The notes below the pieces were generated by a model. It was not told where the DNA came from. It ran no database searches and was given only the letters and a program-made list of their open reading frames with translations. From Octopus sinensis (taxonomy: Eukaryota), in the NCBI RefSeq assembly GCF_006345805.1, contig NW_021835452.1, forward strand, positions 1 to 59,989: 59,989 nucleotides of DNA, in the 5' to 3' direction. Made by a program: the position numbers and the translations under genes. This document shows positions 40,613-52,614 of the stretch, piece by piece; the stretch's first letter is position 1; every line of letters starts with the position of its first letter.

Positions 40613-40977
40613 TAACAAGACGTAGAAGAAGACGAAATAAGGAAATTGATGATCATTTTTGTGATGATGATGATGATGATGATGACGACGACAACGACAG
40701 TAATGATACTGATGATGATTAAGATGGGGGTGGTTGGGTGAGGTGGTTGTGTAGTTGTTTTGGTACTGGTGGTGTTGGTAGTGTGGGTTATGGTGTTGGT
40801 AGTGGTGGTGTTGATGCTGATGCAGCTGCTGATGATGAAGATGATGATGATCAGAATGAACATTAGTTAAGAAACAGCGAGTAGAGAGTTACACGGAATA
40901 TGAGATAAAAAGAGAGACAGAGTGTCAAAATGTATGTATGTATATATATGTATATATATGTATATATATGTATATAT

Positions 40978-41027
<50 letters not shown>

Positions 41028-41031
41028 TATA

Positions 41032-41063
<32 letters not shown>

Positions 41064-41152
41064 ATATATATATATATATATAACGATAAATAGATGTACA
41101 TATATAAATATATGTATGTGTGAGTGTACATATATATATCTATATATATATA

Positions 41153-41190
<38 letters not shown>
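39210..41190. repeat. (TA)n, (TATG)n, (AAT)n, (GAT)n microsatellite fields
   Basis: Directly visible, with short unique spacers. Confidence 0.9.
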
Positions 41191-41195
<5 letters not shown>

Positions 41196-41592
41196 TATAT
41201 TCCTGTACGCAAATTTGAGTGTGTATGTGCGTGCGCTTATGTGAAAGGCGGAAAAGATATGATGAAAAGGATTGTCCAGCGTTCTAGGTCTTCTTTATTG
41301 TCAGATCTAGTTAGGTTGTCAATGGACCCGAAACCGTACTGCTTGCTTTTAGCCACTCTCACTTCACACATAAACCATCAACATTTGACTAATACGCCTT
41401 AAATCTCACTGTTATGAATGATATAAACTTTCTTATCGAAAGACAACAGCTAAACCAATTTTGCGCACATACAAACGTACACTAACGTAGCGTTGAAACG
41501 ATCGAGGATTTACACGCATGCATATTTCTGAGTAAATGCAAATATGTGACAAAACGCTTTCATGTATTCACGCACATGCATATGTATGTGAA

Positions 41593-41922
41593 GGCGCATG
41601 GCTCAGTGGTTAGAGCATCGAGCTTACGATCGTGAGGTTGTGAGCTCGAATCCCGGACCGGGCTGCGTGTTGTGTTCTCGAGCAAGGCACTTTATTTCAC
41701 GTTGCTCCAGTTCACTCAGCTGTAGAAATGAGCTGCGACGTCACTGGTGCCATGCTGTATCGACCTTTGTCTTTCCCTTGGATAACACTGGTGGCGTGGA
41801 GAGGGGAGGCTGGTATGCATGGGCGACTGCTGGTCTTCCATAAACAACCTTGCCCGGACTTGTGTCTAGGAGGGTAACTTTCTAGGTGCAATCCCATGGT
41901 CATTCATGACCGAAGGGGGTCT
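41593..41922 (+). mobile_element. tRNA-derived SINE, family C, full length
   Basis: A box tggctcagtgg, B-box-like gctcgaatccc, central gcaaggcacttt..ctccagttcactcagctgtagaaatg. Related inverted copy at 43313-43540. Confidence 0.85.
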
Positions 41923-42083
41923 AAAAATATATATATATACGCACTCGCACACACAAGCCCACACACATATATACAGAGAGAAAGAGAGAGATGTATTTTA
42001 TACATATATATATGCATACATACTCACACATAAATTTATATACATATGCATTCACAAACGCAGACTCATATATGTATATGTAT

Positions 42084-42138
<55 letters not shown>

Positions 42139-42208
42139 TGTATGTGTTATATACCTGCACACACTCACACACACACAGACTAACACATATGTAAATGGTA
42201 CATCGACG

Positions 42209-43010
42209 TATCAGATTGAGTGAAAAATAAGCAACGTTTTGAACCATGAAGAATTTGTAGTGGAATTTTGCAGAGTTTTGAATGTTTTTCAAACATTCTT
42301 TTTGCAATTGTCTGATAATACATGCATAGACTTGCCCAAAAGCATCAATAAATTAACATTGATATTTCTTTTCCCCGTTGTTACAATCGTCTGAAATGGA
42401 ACTGTCAAAGCGCGATTTTCGAGCAATTTTGCTATTCAACTTCAAAAAAGAGCGTAAAGCAGCTGAAACCTCTCGCAATATCAACGAGGCGTTTGATGAG
42501 GAAATGACCAGTGAGTGGTCAGCTCGAAAATGGTTTAAACGATTTCGCAGTGGAGACCTGAGCCTTGAAGATCGTGAGAGTAGTGGACGCCCATCTGTCA
42601 TCGGTGACAGTCAATTACAGACCGTCATTGAGAAAGATCCACGTAAAACCACTGGCTAAAAACTTCAGGTTAGCCAGAAAATTGCATGCAACCATTACAC
42701 ACGATCTGAAAATCAAAAAACCTCGCCATATAGGCACCACACGATTTGAAGGAGAATCAGAAAATATGCTGATATGAAATTTGCTTCGCTTCTTCTTCGT
42801 AACCAGACTAATCTATTTCTCAAACGTATTGTAAATTGCGGTGAAACAGGGATTATGTACAATAATTTTAAAAAAATTCTTTGCAGTTGTTGGACCCAAA
42901 TGAAGCACCGAAAACTTCCCTTCAAAAAGAAGTTTATGGTGACTGTTTCGTGGTGTAAAGAAAATGCTTTCAACTGGGAATAGACTTCAATTAAGTTTCC
43001 AACCACCGCC
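42209..43010 (+). pseudogene. mariner transposase fossil
   Basis: ATG 42396: MELSKRDFRAILLFNFKKERKAAETSRNINEAF..RKWFKRFRSGDLSLEDRESSGRP (mariner HTH). Later CGETGIMYNN (TGDEKWILYDN-like) and KKFMVTVSW. Frameshifted. Confidence 0.85.
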
Positions 43011-43312
43011 GGATTTTGTAAAATGAAATGCATCTTTCGCACAGTATATTTGGTATTATAAACATCACAAGTCTATAAATAAAATCATACGAGTATTCTT
43101 ATTTTGCCTGACGAACACTGTGCATCGCTCGGACCAGGATTTATAACATATTGTTTTGATTATGAGGGCAATACGTAAACCACAAAGCGTGTGTGTGTGT
43201 CTGCTTGTGTGTGTATATATAGAAAGAGAGAGTGAATGAGACAGAAGGAGAAAAGCGTTAGTCGTGTACAGTGATCAATAAGAGATTATATAAATGACAA
43301 GGGAACATGAAA

Positions 43313-43910
43313 TTGACCACGGGATTGCACCTAGAATGTTACCCTAGAAGGCACAGGTCCACGCAACGTTGTTCAGGGAAGACCAGCAGTCGCCCATGCA
43401 TACCAGCTTCTATTCCCCACGCTTCCGATGTTATGGAAGGAAGGGAAGGGTGAATCCTGATGCAGCGTTGCCCCAGTGACTTCGCAACTCATTTCTACGG
43501 CTGATTGAACCAGAGCAACGTGAATATAAAGAGTGTGAGTGGATTTGGTAGACGGAAACTGAAAGAAGCCCATCGTATATATATATGTTTCTTTATTGCC
43601 CATAAGAGGCTAAACATAGAGGGACAAACAAGGACAGACAAACGGATCAAGTCGATTACATCGACCCCAGTGCGTAACTGGTACTTAATTTATCGACCCC
43701 GAAAGGATGAAAGGCAAAGTCGACCTCGGCGGGATTTGAACTCAGCCCATCGTATATGTATATGTATATGTGTGCTTGTTATTTATGTCTGTGTTTGTCC
43801 CCTCCACCATCGCTTGACAACCGATGGTGGTGTGTCGGTAAAAGACACCGATAGACTATGTACTAGGCTTACAAAGAATACGTCCTGGGGTTGAATTGTT
43901 CGACTAAAAG
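43313..43910. mobile_element. nested SINEs: family C (minus, 43313-43540), then family A 3' half (plus) interrupted by family B (minus, about 43585-43745)
   Basis: Motif matches to other copies. A 13-bp duplication gcccatcgtatat at 43568-43580 and 43745-43757 flanks the B copy. Confidence 0.8.
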
Positions 43911-44155
43911 AATATATATATACATATACATATATATAAACATATATTAATTTCTAAATTCACACTACCTCAATATATACCGTTATATATATATATGTGT
44001 GTATATAAGTCTATACATACATATATGTATATATGATATCTATATATATTATGTATATTATACACACACACGCACACACACACACACACACATATATATG
44101 TATATACATATATTAGTTTATTAATTCCTATTACCTCAATATATACCGTTATATA

Positions 44156-44222
<67 letters not shown>

Positions 44223-44833
44223 CTGTGTATATATATGGAGAGAGAGAGATTTAGATAGATATATAGAGAGTTAGATATTCATACACATTAGTGTATTTAC
44301 ATTTGTATGTGTAATATATGTGCAAACACACAGACACGCACACAAAAACCCACACATAAACACACACACACATACAAAAACACACACATAAACACACAAA
44401 CACACAAAGACACATACACATACAGCCTCGCATACAAGCAAGCATACTGACACAGACATTTGTTCGTAGATTTAATTCTTTAACACGCTAAGCATTGTGT
44501 CTTACATTTTATTTCTATACACACATTTTGATATAAGAGAACATTCTCTCTGGAACAGCAAAGATGTCTGTAACTTGAAACAAAAAAATAACAAAACAAA
44601 ACAAAATAAGAAAACCTAAACAACAAACAAAATCAAACACAGCAGCAACAACAACAACAACAACAACAACCCCTTCTATGTAACCACTACCCTTCACTTA
44701 GTTTCCTTCTTCAACTGGCACACCTTTGGAATCCTTTTTCAAGGACTACGATGTCTATATTATTATCAAGCAGCCCAGCCTTATACGCCCCTGAACGCCC
44801 TTTCTCTCCCAACACGGAGACAGATATTTATGC

Positions 44834-44890
<57 letters not shown>

Positions 44891-45251
44891 CACACATTCT
44901 CTCTCTGCAACACTCCACCTGAAACCGTAATTCGGATGACGCTAGTAAATTAACTACTTGCTACCTGAAACCGTCTGCTTCCTACAGCCCACTCTACAGA
45001 TTAAACACAACCCAAGAGTATCCAGGTGGTCCCCTAATAATTCATGTTTCCTTCGTTGGGCATGTGTGTTTATGTGCCTGTACGTGAGGGTTTATGTATG
45101 TATGTATGTATGTATGTGCGTGTGTATGTGCATATAGGCATACACATATATGGAAATATGTATAGGTCTATGTATGTATTCATGTATGAATGTGTGAGTG
45201 TATCTGTCTATACATACATATGATGCGTGTACATCAAGATATATTTATATG

Positions 45252-45285
<34 letters not shown>

Positions 45286-45526
45286 ATATATATTTATAAT
45301 TAATCAATATAGGGTGGCAAGGAAAATTTTGTAGAATTTTATTGCCACCAGCGGCCCAGCGGGAAAAAAATTAAATAGTCATAGACCATTTTTAAGTTCA
45401 ACATTAACAATTAAGGAACGGCCATAATAGGCCATTCACCCACTAGAAATAACAGCCAAGCTTCTACCGCAAATAAAGATCAATTCCGTAAACAGGAGAG
45501 AAAATTAAAAAAACATTTACCCTGTA

Positions 45527-45633
45527 ATTTCTTGTACGGTATACCGTTTCATCCGTTGTTTAATGGTAAACCAACCTAATTAAATTAAATCAAGCCAATC
45601 TTCCATAAGCCCTCGGATTCATCAGCAAGAAAT
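45527..45633 (-). ncRNA. type I hammerhead ribozyme (first of ten minus-strand copies; the last ends at about 50015)
   Basis: Minus strand: AUUUCUUG-CUGAUGA-AUCCG-(58 nt)-CGGAU-GAA-ACGGUAUACCGU-A/CAAGAAAU. 8-bp stem I, 5-bp base of stem II, palindromic stem III, GUA cleavage between 45535 and 45534. Confidence 0.9.
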
Positions 45634-48600
45634 AGCTCTCGGGACAGATAATTACACGAGGCATATCCAATCTTGCCAAGTCAATATCTGACCTAAAATT
45701 TTCAAATCGTCGCACTCGCGCCAAATTTATCGGCAGCAAATAAATATCAGCCGTCGATTCCATTACGGAATTAACCAAAAAATTCATAATTAATCAATAT
45801 AGGGTGGCAAGGAAAATTTTGTAGAATTTTATTGCCACCAGCGGCCCAGCGGGAAAAAAATTAAATAGTCATAGACCATTTTTAAGTTCAACATTAACAA
45901 TTAAGGAACGGCCATAATAGGCCATTCACCACTAGAAATAACAGCCAAAGCTTCTACCGCAAATAAAGATCATTCCGTAAACAGGAGAAAATTAAAAAAA
46001 CATTTACCCTGTAATTTCTTGTACGGTTTATACCGTTTCATCCGTTGTTTAATGGTAAACCAACCTAATTAAATTAAATCAAGCCAATCTTCCATAAGCC
46101 CTCGGATTCATCAGCAAGAAATAGCTCTCGGGACAGATAATTACACGAGGCATATCCAATCTTGCCAAGTCAATATCTGACCTAAAATTTTCAAATCGTC
46201 GCACTCGCGCCAAATTTATCGGCAGCAAATAAATATCAGCCGTCGATTCCATTACGGAATTAACCAAAAATTCATAATTAATCAATATAGGGTGGCAAGG
46301 AAAATTTTGTAGAATTTTATTGCCACCAGCGGCCCAGCGGGAAAAAAATTAAATAGTCATAGACCATTTTTAAGTTCAACATTAACAATTAGGAACGGCC
46401 ATAATAGGCCATTCACCCACTAGAAATAACAGCCAAAGCTTCTACCGCAAATAAAGATCAATTCCGTAAACAGGAGAAAATTAAAAAAACATTTACCCTG
46501 TAATTTCTTGTACGGTATACCGTTTCATCCGTTGTTTAATGGTAAACCAACCTAATTAAATTAAATCAATAAGCCAATCTTCCATAAGCCCTCGGATTCA
46601 TCAGCACAAGAAATAGCTCTCGGGACAGATAATTACACGAGGCATATCCAATCTGCCATCCAAGTCAATATCTGACCTAAAATTTTCAAATCGTCGCACT
46701 CGCGCCAAATTTTCGGCAGCAAATAAATATCAGCCGTCGATTCCATTACGGAATTAACCAAAAAATTCATAATTAATCAATATAGGGTGGCAAGGAAAAT
46801 TTTGTAGAATTTTATTGCCACCAGCGGCCCAGCGGGAAAAAAATTAAATAGTCATAGACCATTTTTAAGTTCAACATTAACAATTAAGGAACGGCCATAA
46901 TAGGCCATTCACCCACTAGAAATAACAGCCAAAGCTTCTACGCAAATAAAGATCAATTCCGTAAACAGGAGAAAATTAAAAAAACATTTACCCTGTAATT
47001 TCTTGTACGGTATACCGTTTCATCCGTTGTTTAATGGTAAACCAACCTAATTAATTAAATCAAGCCAATCTTCCAAGCCCTCGGATTCATCAGCAAGAAA
47101 TAGCTCTCGGGACAGATAATTACACGAGGCATATCCAATCTTGCCAAGTCAATATCTGACCTAAAATTTTCAAATCGTCGCACTCGCGCCAAATTTATCG
47201 GCAGCAAATAATATCAGCCGTCGATTCCATTACGGAATAACAAAAAATTCATAATTAATCAATATAGGGTGGCAAGGAAAATTTTGTAGAATTTTATTGC
47301 CACCAGCGGCCCAGCGGGAAAAAAATTAAATAGTCATAGACCATTTTTAAGTTCAACATTAACAATTAAGGAACGGCCATAATAGGCCATTCACCCACTA
47401 GAAATAACAGCCAAGCTTCTACCGCAAATAAAGATCAATTCCGTAAACAGGAGAAAATTAAAAAAACATTTACCCTGTAATTTCTTGTACGGTATACCGT
47501 TTCATCCGTTGTTTAATGGTAAACCAACCTAATTAAATTAAATCAAGCCAATCTTCCATAAGCCCTCGGATTCATCAGCAAGAAATAGCTCTCGGGACAG
47601 ATAATTACACGAGGCATATCCAATCTTGCCAAGTCAATATCTGACCTAAAATTTTCAAATCGTCGCACGCGCGCCAAATTTATCGGCAGCAAATAAATAT
47701 CAGCCGTCGATTCCATTACGGAATTAACCAAAAAATTCATAATTAATCAATATAGGGTGGCAAGGAAAATTTTGTAGAATTTTATTGCCACCAGCGGCCC
47801 AGCGGGAAAAAAATTAAATAGTCATAGACCATTTTTAAGTTCAACATTAACAATTAAGGAACGGCCATAATAGGCCATTCACCCACTAGAAATAACAGCC
47901 AAAGCTTCTACCGCAAATAAAGATCAATTCCGTAAACAGGAGAAAATTAAAAAAACATTTACCCTGTAATTTCTTGTACGGTATACCGTTTCATCCGTTG
48001 TTTAATGGTAAACCACCTAATTAAATTAAATCAAGCCAATCTTCCATAAGCCCTCGGATTCATCAGCAAGAAATAGCTCTGGGACAGATAATTACACGAG
48101 GCATATCCAATCTTGCCAAGTCAATATCTGACCTAAAATTTTCAAATCGTCGCACTCGCGCCAATTTATCGGCAGCAAATAAATATCAGCCGTCGATTCC
48201 ATTACGGAATTAACCAAAAAATTCATAATTAATCAATATAGGGTGGCAAGGAAAATTTTGTAGAATTTTATTGCCACCAGCGGCCCAGCGGAAAAAAATT
48301 AAATAGTCATAGACCATTTTTAAGTTCAACATTAACAATTAAGGAACGGCCATAATAGGCCATTCACCCACTAGAAATAACAGCCAAAGCTTCTACCGCA
48401 AATAAAGATCAGTTCCGTAAACAGGAGAAAATTAAAAAAACATTTACCCTGTAATTTCTTGTACGGTATACCGTTTCATCCGTTGTTTAATGGTAAACAA
48501 CCTAATTAAATTAAATCAAGCCAATCTTCCATAAGCCCTCGGATTCATCAGCAAGAAATAGCTCTCGGGACAGATAATTACACGAGGCATATCCAATCTT

Positions 48601-50556
48601 GCCAAGTCAATATCTGACCTAAAATTTTCAAATCGTCGCACTCGCGCCAAATTTATCGGCAGCAAATAAATATCAGCCGTCGATTCCATTACGGAATTAA
48701 CCAAAAAATTCATAATTAATCAATATAGGGTGGCAAGGAAAATTTTGTAGATTTTATTGCCACCAGCGGCCCAGCGGGAAAAAAATTAAATAGTCATAGA
48801 CCATTTTTAAGTTCAACATTAACAATTAAGGAACGGCCATAATAGGCCATTCACCCACTAGAAATAACAGCCAAAGCTTCTACCGCAAATAAAGATCAAT
48901 TCCGTAAACAGGAGAAAATTAAAAAAACATTTACCCTGTAATTTCTTGTACGGATACCGTTTCATCCGTTGTTTAATGGTAAACCAACCTAATTAAATTA
49001 AATCAAGCCAATCTTCCATAAGCCCTCGGATTCATCAGCAAGAAATAGCTCTCGGGACAGATAATTACACGAGGCATATCCAATCTTGCCAAGTCAATAT
49101 CTGACCTAAAATTTTCAAATCGTCGCACTCGCGCCAAATTATCGGCAGCAAATAAATATCAGCCGTCGATTCCATTACGGAATTAACCAAAAAATTCATA
49201 ATTATCAATATAGGGTGGCAAGGAAAATTTTGTAGAATTTTATTGCCACCAGCGGCCCAGCGGGAAAAAAATTAAATAGTCATAGACCATTTTTAAGTTC
49301 AACATTAACAATTAAGGAACGGCCATAATAGGCCATTCACCCACTAGAAATAACAGCCAAAGCTTCTACCGCAAATAAAGATCAATTCCGTAAACAGGAG
49401 AAAATTAAAAAAACATTTACCCTGTAATTTCTTGTACGGTATACCGTTTCATCCGTTGTTTAATGGTAAACCAACCTAATTAAATTAAATCAAGCCAATC
49501 TTCCATAAGCCTCGGATTCATCAGCAAGAAATAGCTCTCGGGACAGATAATTACACGAGGCATATCCAATCTTGCCAAGTCAATATCTGACCTAAAATTT
49601 TCAAATCGTCGCACTCGCGCCAAATTTATCGGCAGCAAATAAATATCAGCCGTCGATTCCATTACGGAATTAACCAAAAAATTCATAATTAATCAATATA
49701 GGGTGGCAAGGAAAATTTTGTAGAATTTTATTGCCACCAGCGGCCCAGCGGGAAAAAAGTTAAATAGTCATAGACCATTTTTAAGTTCAACATTAACAAT
49801 TAGGAACGGCCATAATAGGCCATTCACCCACTAGAAATAACAGCCAAAGCTTCTACCGCAAATAAAGATCAATTCCGTAAACAGGAGAAAATTAAAAAAA
49901 CATTTACCCTGTAATTCTTGTACGGTATACCGTTTCATCCGTTGTTTATGGTAAACCACCTAATAAATAAATCAAGCCAATCTTCCATAAGCCCTCGGAT
50001 TCATCAGCAAGAAATAGCTCTCGGGACAGATAATTACACGAGGCATATCCAATCTTGCCAAGTCAATATCTGACCTAAAATTTTCAAATCGTCGCACTCG
50101 CGCCAAATTTATCGGCAGCAAATAAATATCAGCCGTCGATTCCATTACGGAATTAACCAAAAAATTCATAATTAATCAATATAGGGTGGCAAGGAAAATT
50201 TTGTAGAATTTTATTGCCACCCTCGGCCCAGCGGGAAAAAAATTAAATAGTCATAGACCATTTTTAAGTTCAACATTAACAATTAATGTTAATTGTTAAT
50301 GTTGAACTTAAAAATGGTCTATGACTATTTAATTTTTTTCCGCTGGGCACTGGTGGCAATAAAATTCTACAAAATTTTCCTTGCCACCCTATATTGATTA
50401 ATTATGAATTTTTTGGTTAATTCCGTAATGGAATCGACGGCTGATATTTATTTGCTGCCGATAAATTTGGCGCGAGTGCGACGATTTGAAAATTTTAGGT
50501 CAGATATTGACTTGGCAAGATTGGATATGCCTCGTGTAATTATCTGTCCGAGAGCT

Positions 50557-50663
50557 ATTTCTTGCTGATGAATCCGAGGGCTTATGGAGAGATTGGCTTG
50601 ATTTAATTTATTAGGTTAGTTTACCATTAAACAACGGATGAAACGGTATACCGTACAAGAAAT
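50557..50663 (+). ncRNA. type I hammerhead ribozyme in the inverted unit
   Basis: atttcttg 50557-64, CTGATGA 50565-71, atccg..cggat, GAAA, acggtataccgt, cleavage after A50655, caagaaat 50656-63. Confidence 0.88.
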
Positions 50664-50785
50664 TACAGGGTAAATGTTTTTTAATTTTCTCCTGTTTACG
50701 GAATTGATCTTTATTTGCGGTAGAAGCTTTGGCTGTTATTTCTAGTGGGTGAATGGCCTATTATGGCCGTTCCTTAATTGTTAAT

Positions 50786-51599
50786 ATATATATATATATT
50801 ATATATATATATATAATCATGCCTATATATATATACCTATGCTTATATACGTATATATATATATACACACACGCGCGCACCTACATATACATACACTTAC
50901 ACACTCACATACATAAGTATCTATCAATCCATATATACATAAAATATATATATATATGTGTGTGTGATGTACTTATATATATATGTGTGTATATATGTAT
51001 ATATATATATATATTTATATTCATATATATATATATATATACATGCATGCATATGTAGATGTGTGTATAGGTACATATATATGCATCTATATACACATAT
51101 ATACATATATATACATACTGTAGAGATTTTGTGTTGTGTGTTGTGTATATATATGCGTGTATGTGCACGTATGCATTTGTATATGTATGTATGCATGCAA
51201 GTATGTATATATATTATATATATATATATATATGAATGTATGTAGGAACGTATGTATGTATATATAAACTTGTTTCTTAACGATGAGAACGATTTCGGAT
51301 GAAAATAGTTCAAAGCTATTTCATGTCACTCTCAATAATTACGAGAGCCGCTCGTTACTATATATATATGTATATACATTTTTTTTTTGCTATATTTCCT
51401 TTTCATTGTTTTTCACTTTTCCACCAGACTTAACAGTGGGTTGGATATGGTACTGACATAAGGAAATCTGCACCAGCCCTTCTTTGCGTCCTATATACTT
51501 TAGACATTTCCTATCCCTCTATTCTGTTGTATTGTTTGAAAACATGAAGCTCTTATCTGCCTCATCATCATTATTATTATTATTATTATTATTATATTA

Positions 51600-51640
<41 letters not shown>

Positions 51641-51790
51641 TGATTATTGTTATTATTATTATTATTATATTACTAATATCATTATTATATTATTATTATT
51701 ATTTTATTTTATTATTATTATTACTTTTTTTTTTCTTCTTTCAAATTTTCTTCCATTTCTGCCGAGTGTCTTCCCTATGATATTATTATA

Positions 51791-51839
<49 letters not shown>

Positions 51840-51991
51840 GTTAGATTATTATTATTATTATTATTATTATTATTGTTATTATATATATTATTATATTATT
51901 ATTATTATTATTGTAATTAATTATTATTATTATATTATTACTATTTCATTATTATTATATTACTATTATCATTATTATTATTATTATATTA

Positions 51992-52029
<38 letters not shown>

Positions 52030-52096
52030 TCGTATTATTGTTATTATTATTTATTTTATATTATTATTATATTATTATTATTATTATTATTATTAT

Positions 52097-52129
<33 letters not shown>

Positions 52130-52192
52130 TATCATTATTATTATATTATTATTATTGTTATTATATTATTAATTATTATTACTATTATCATT

Positions 52193-52223
<31 letters not shown>

Positions 52224-52567
52224 TTATTATTATTACTTTTTTTTTCTTCTTTCAAATTTTCTTCCATTTCTTGCCGAGTGTCTTCCCTATTATTATTATT
52301 TTATTATTATTATTATTATTATTATTATGATTATTATTATTATTATTATTATTATTATTTTATCTTATCACTGTCATCATGACTAACATCCTTATTCTCA
52401 TTACTGCCATTATTGCTAGTATTACTGTTGTAGTTAATTATTATCCTTATTTATATCATTATCATCATCAATGTCGTCGTCGTCGTCATCATCATTGTTA
52501 TCACCATCATCGTCACCATCATCTTCGTTTTTGTTATTCTCTCTTCTCCTTTTTCATATTATTATTA

Positions 52568-52612
<45 letters not shown>
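50786..52612. repeat. (TA)n/(TATG)n then long (TTA)n microsatellite fields
   Basis: Directly visible. Confidence 0.9.

Positions 52613-52614
<2 letters not shown>

Larger units (their letters stand above)
45296..50785. repeat. 489-bp tandem array (10 units plus 119-bp partial), fold-back, and one inverted unit; retrozyme-like
   Basis: Unit starts at 45296, 45786, 46274, 46769, 47251, 47739, 48225, 48712, 49198, 49685, 50168. Inversion at 50287-50288; inverted copy 50289-50785. (TA)n on both sides. Confidence 0.95.

Noticed and set aside
41593-41668. Possible tRNA gene
   Set aside because: It has A and B boxes, but the anticodon and acceptor stems do not pair, and it continues into a SINE body with a second copy at 43313-43540.
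45700-45730. Pol III A-box-like tggcgcgagtg on the minus strand of the unit
   Set aside because: I found no convincing B box downstream, so the promoter of the array remains unknown.
45296-50785. CRISPR array, Helitron tandem, rDNA or 5S array, or protein-coding repeat
   Set aside because: No variable spacers. No TC...hairpin-CTRR termini at the array ends. No rRNA similarity. The hammerhead fold explains the internal palindromes.
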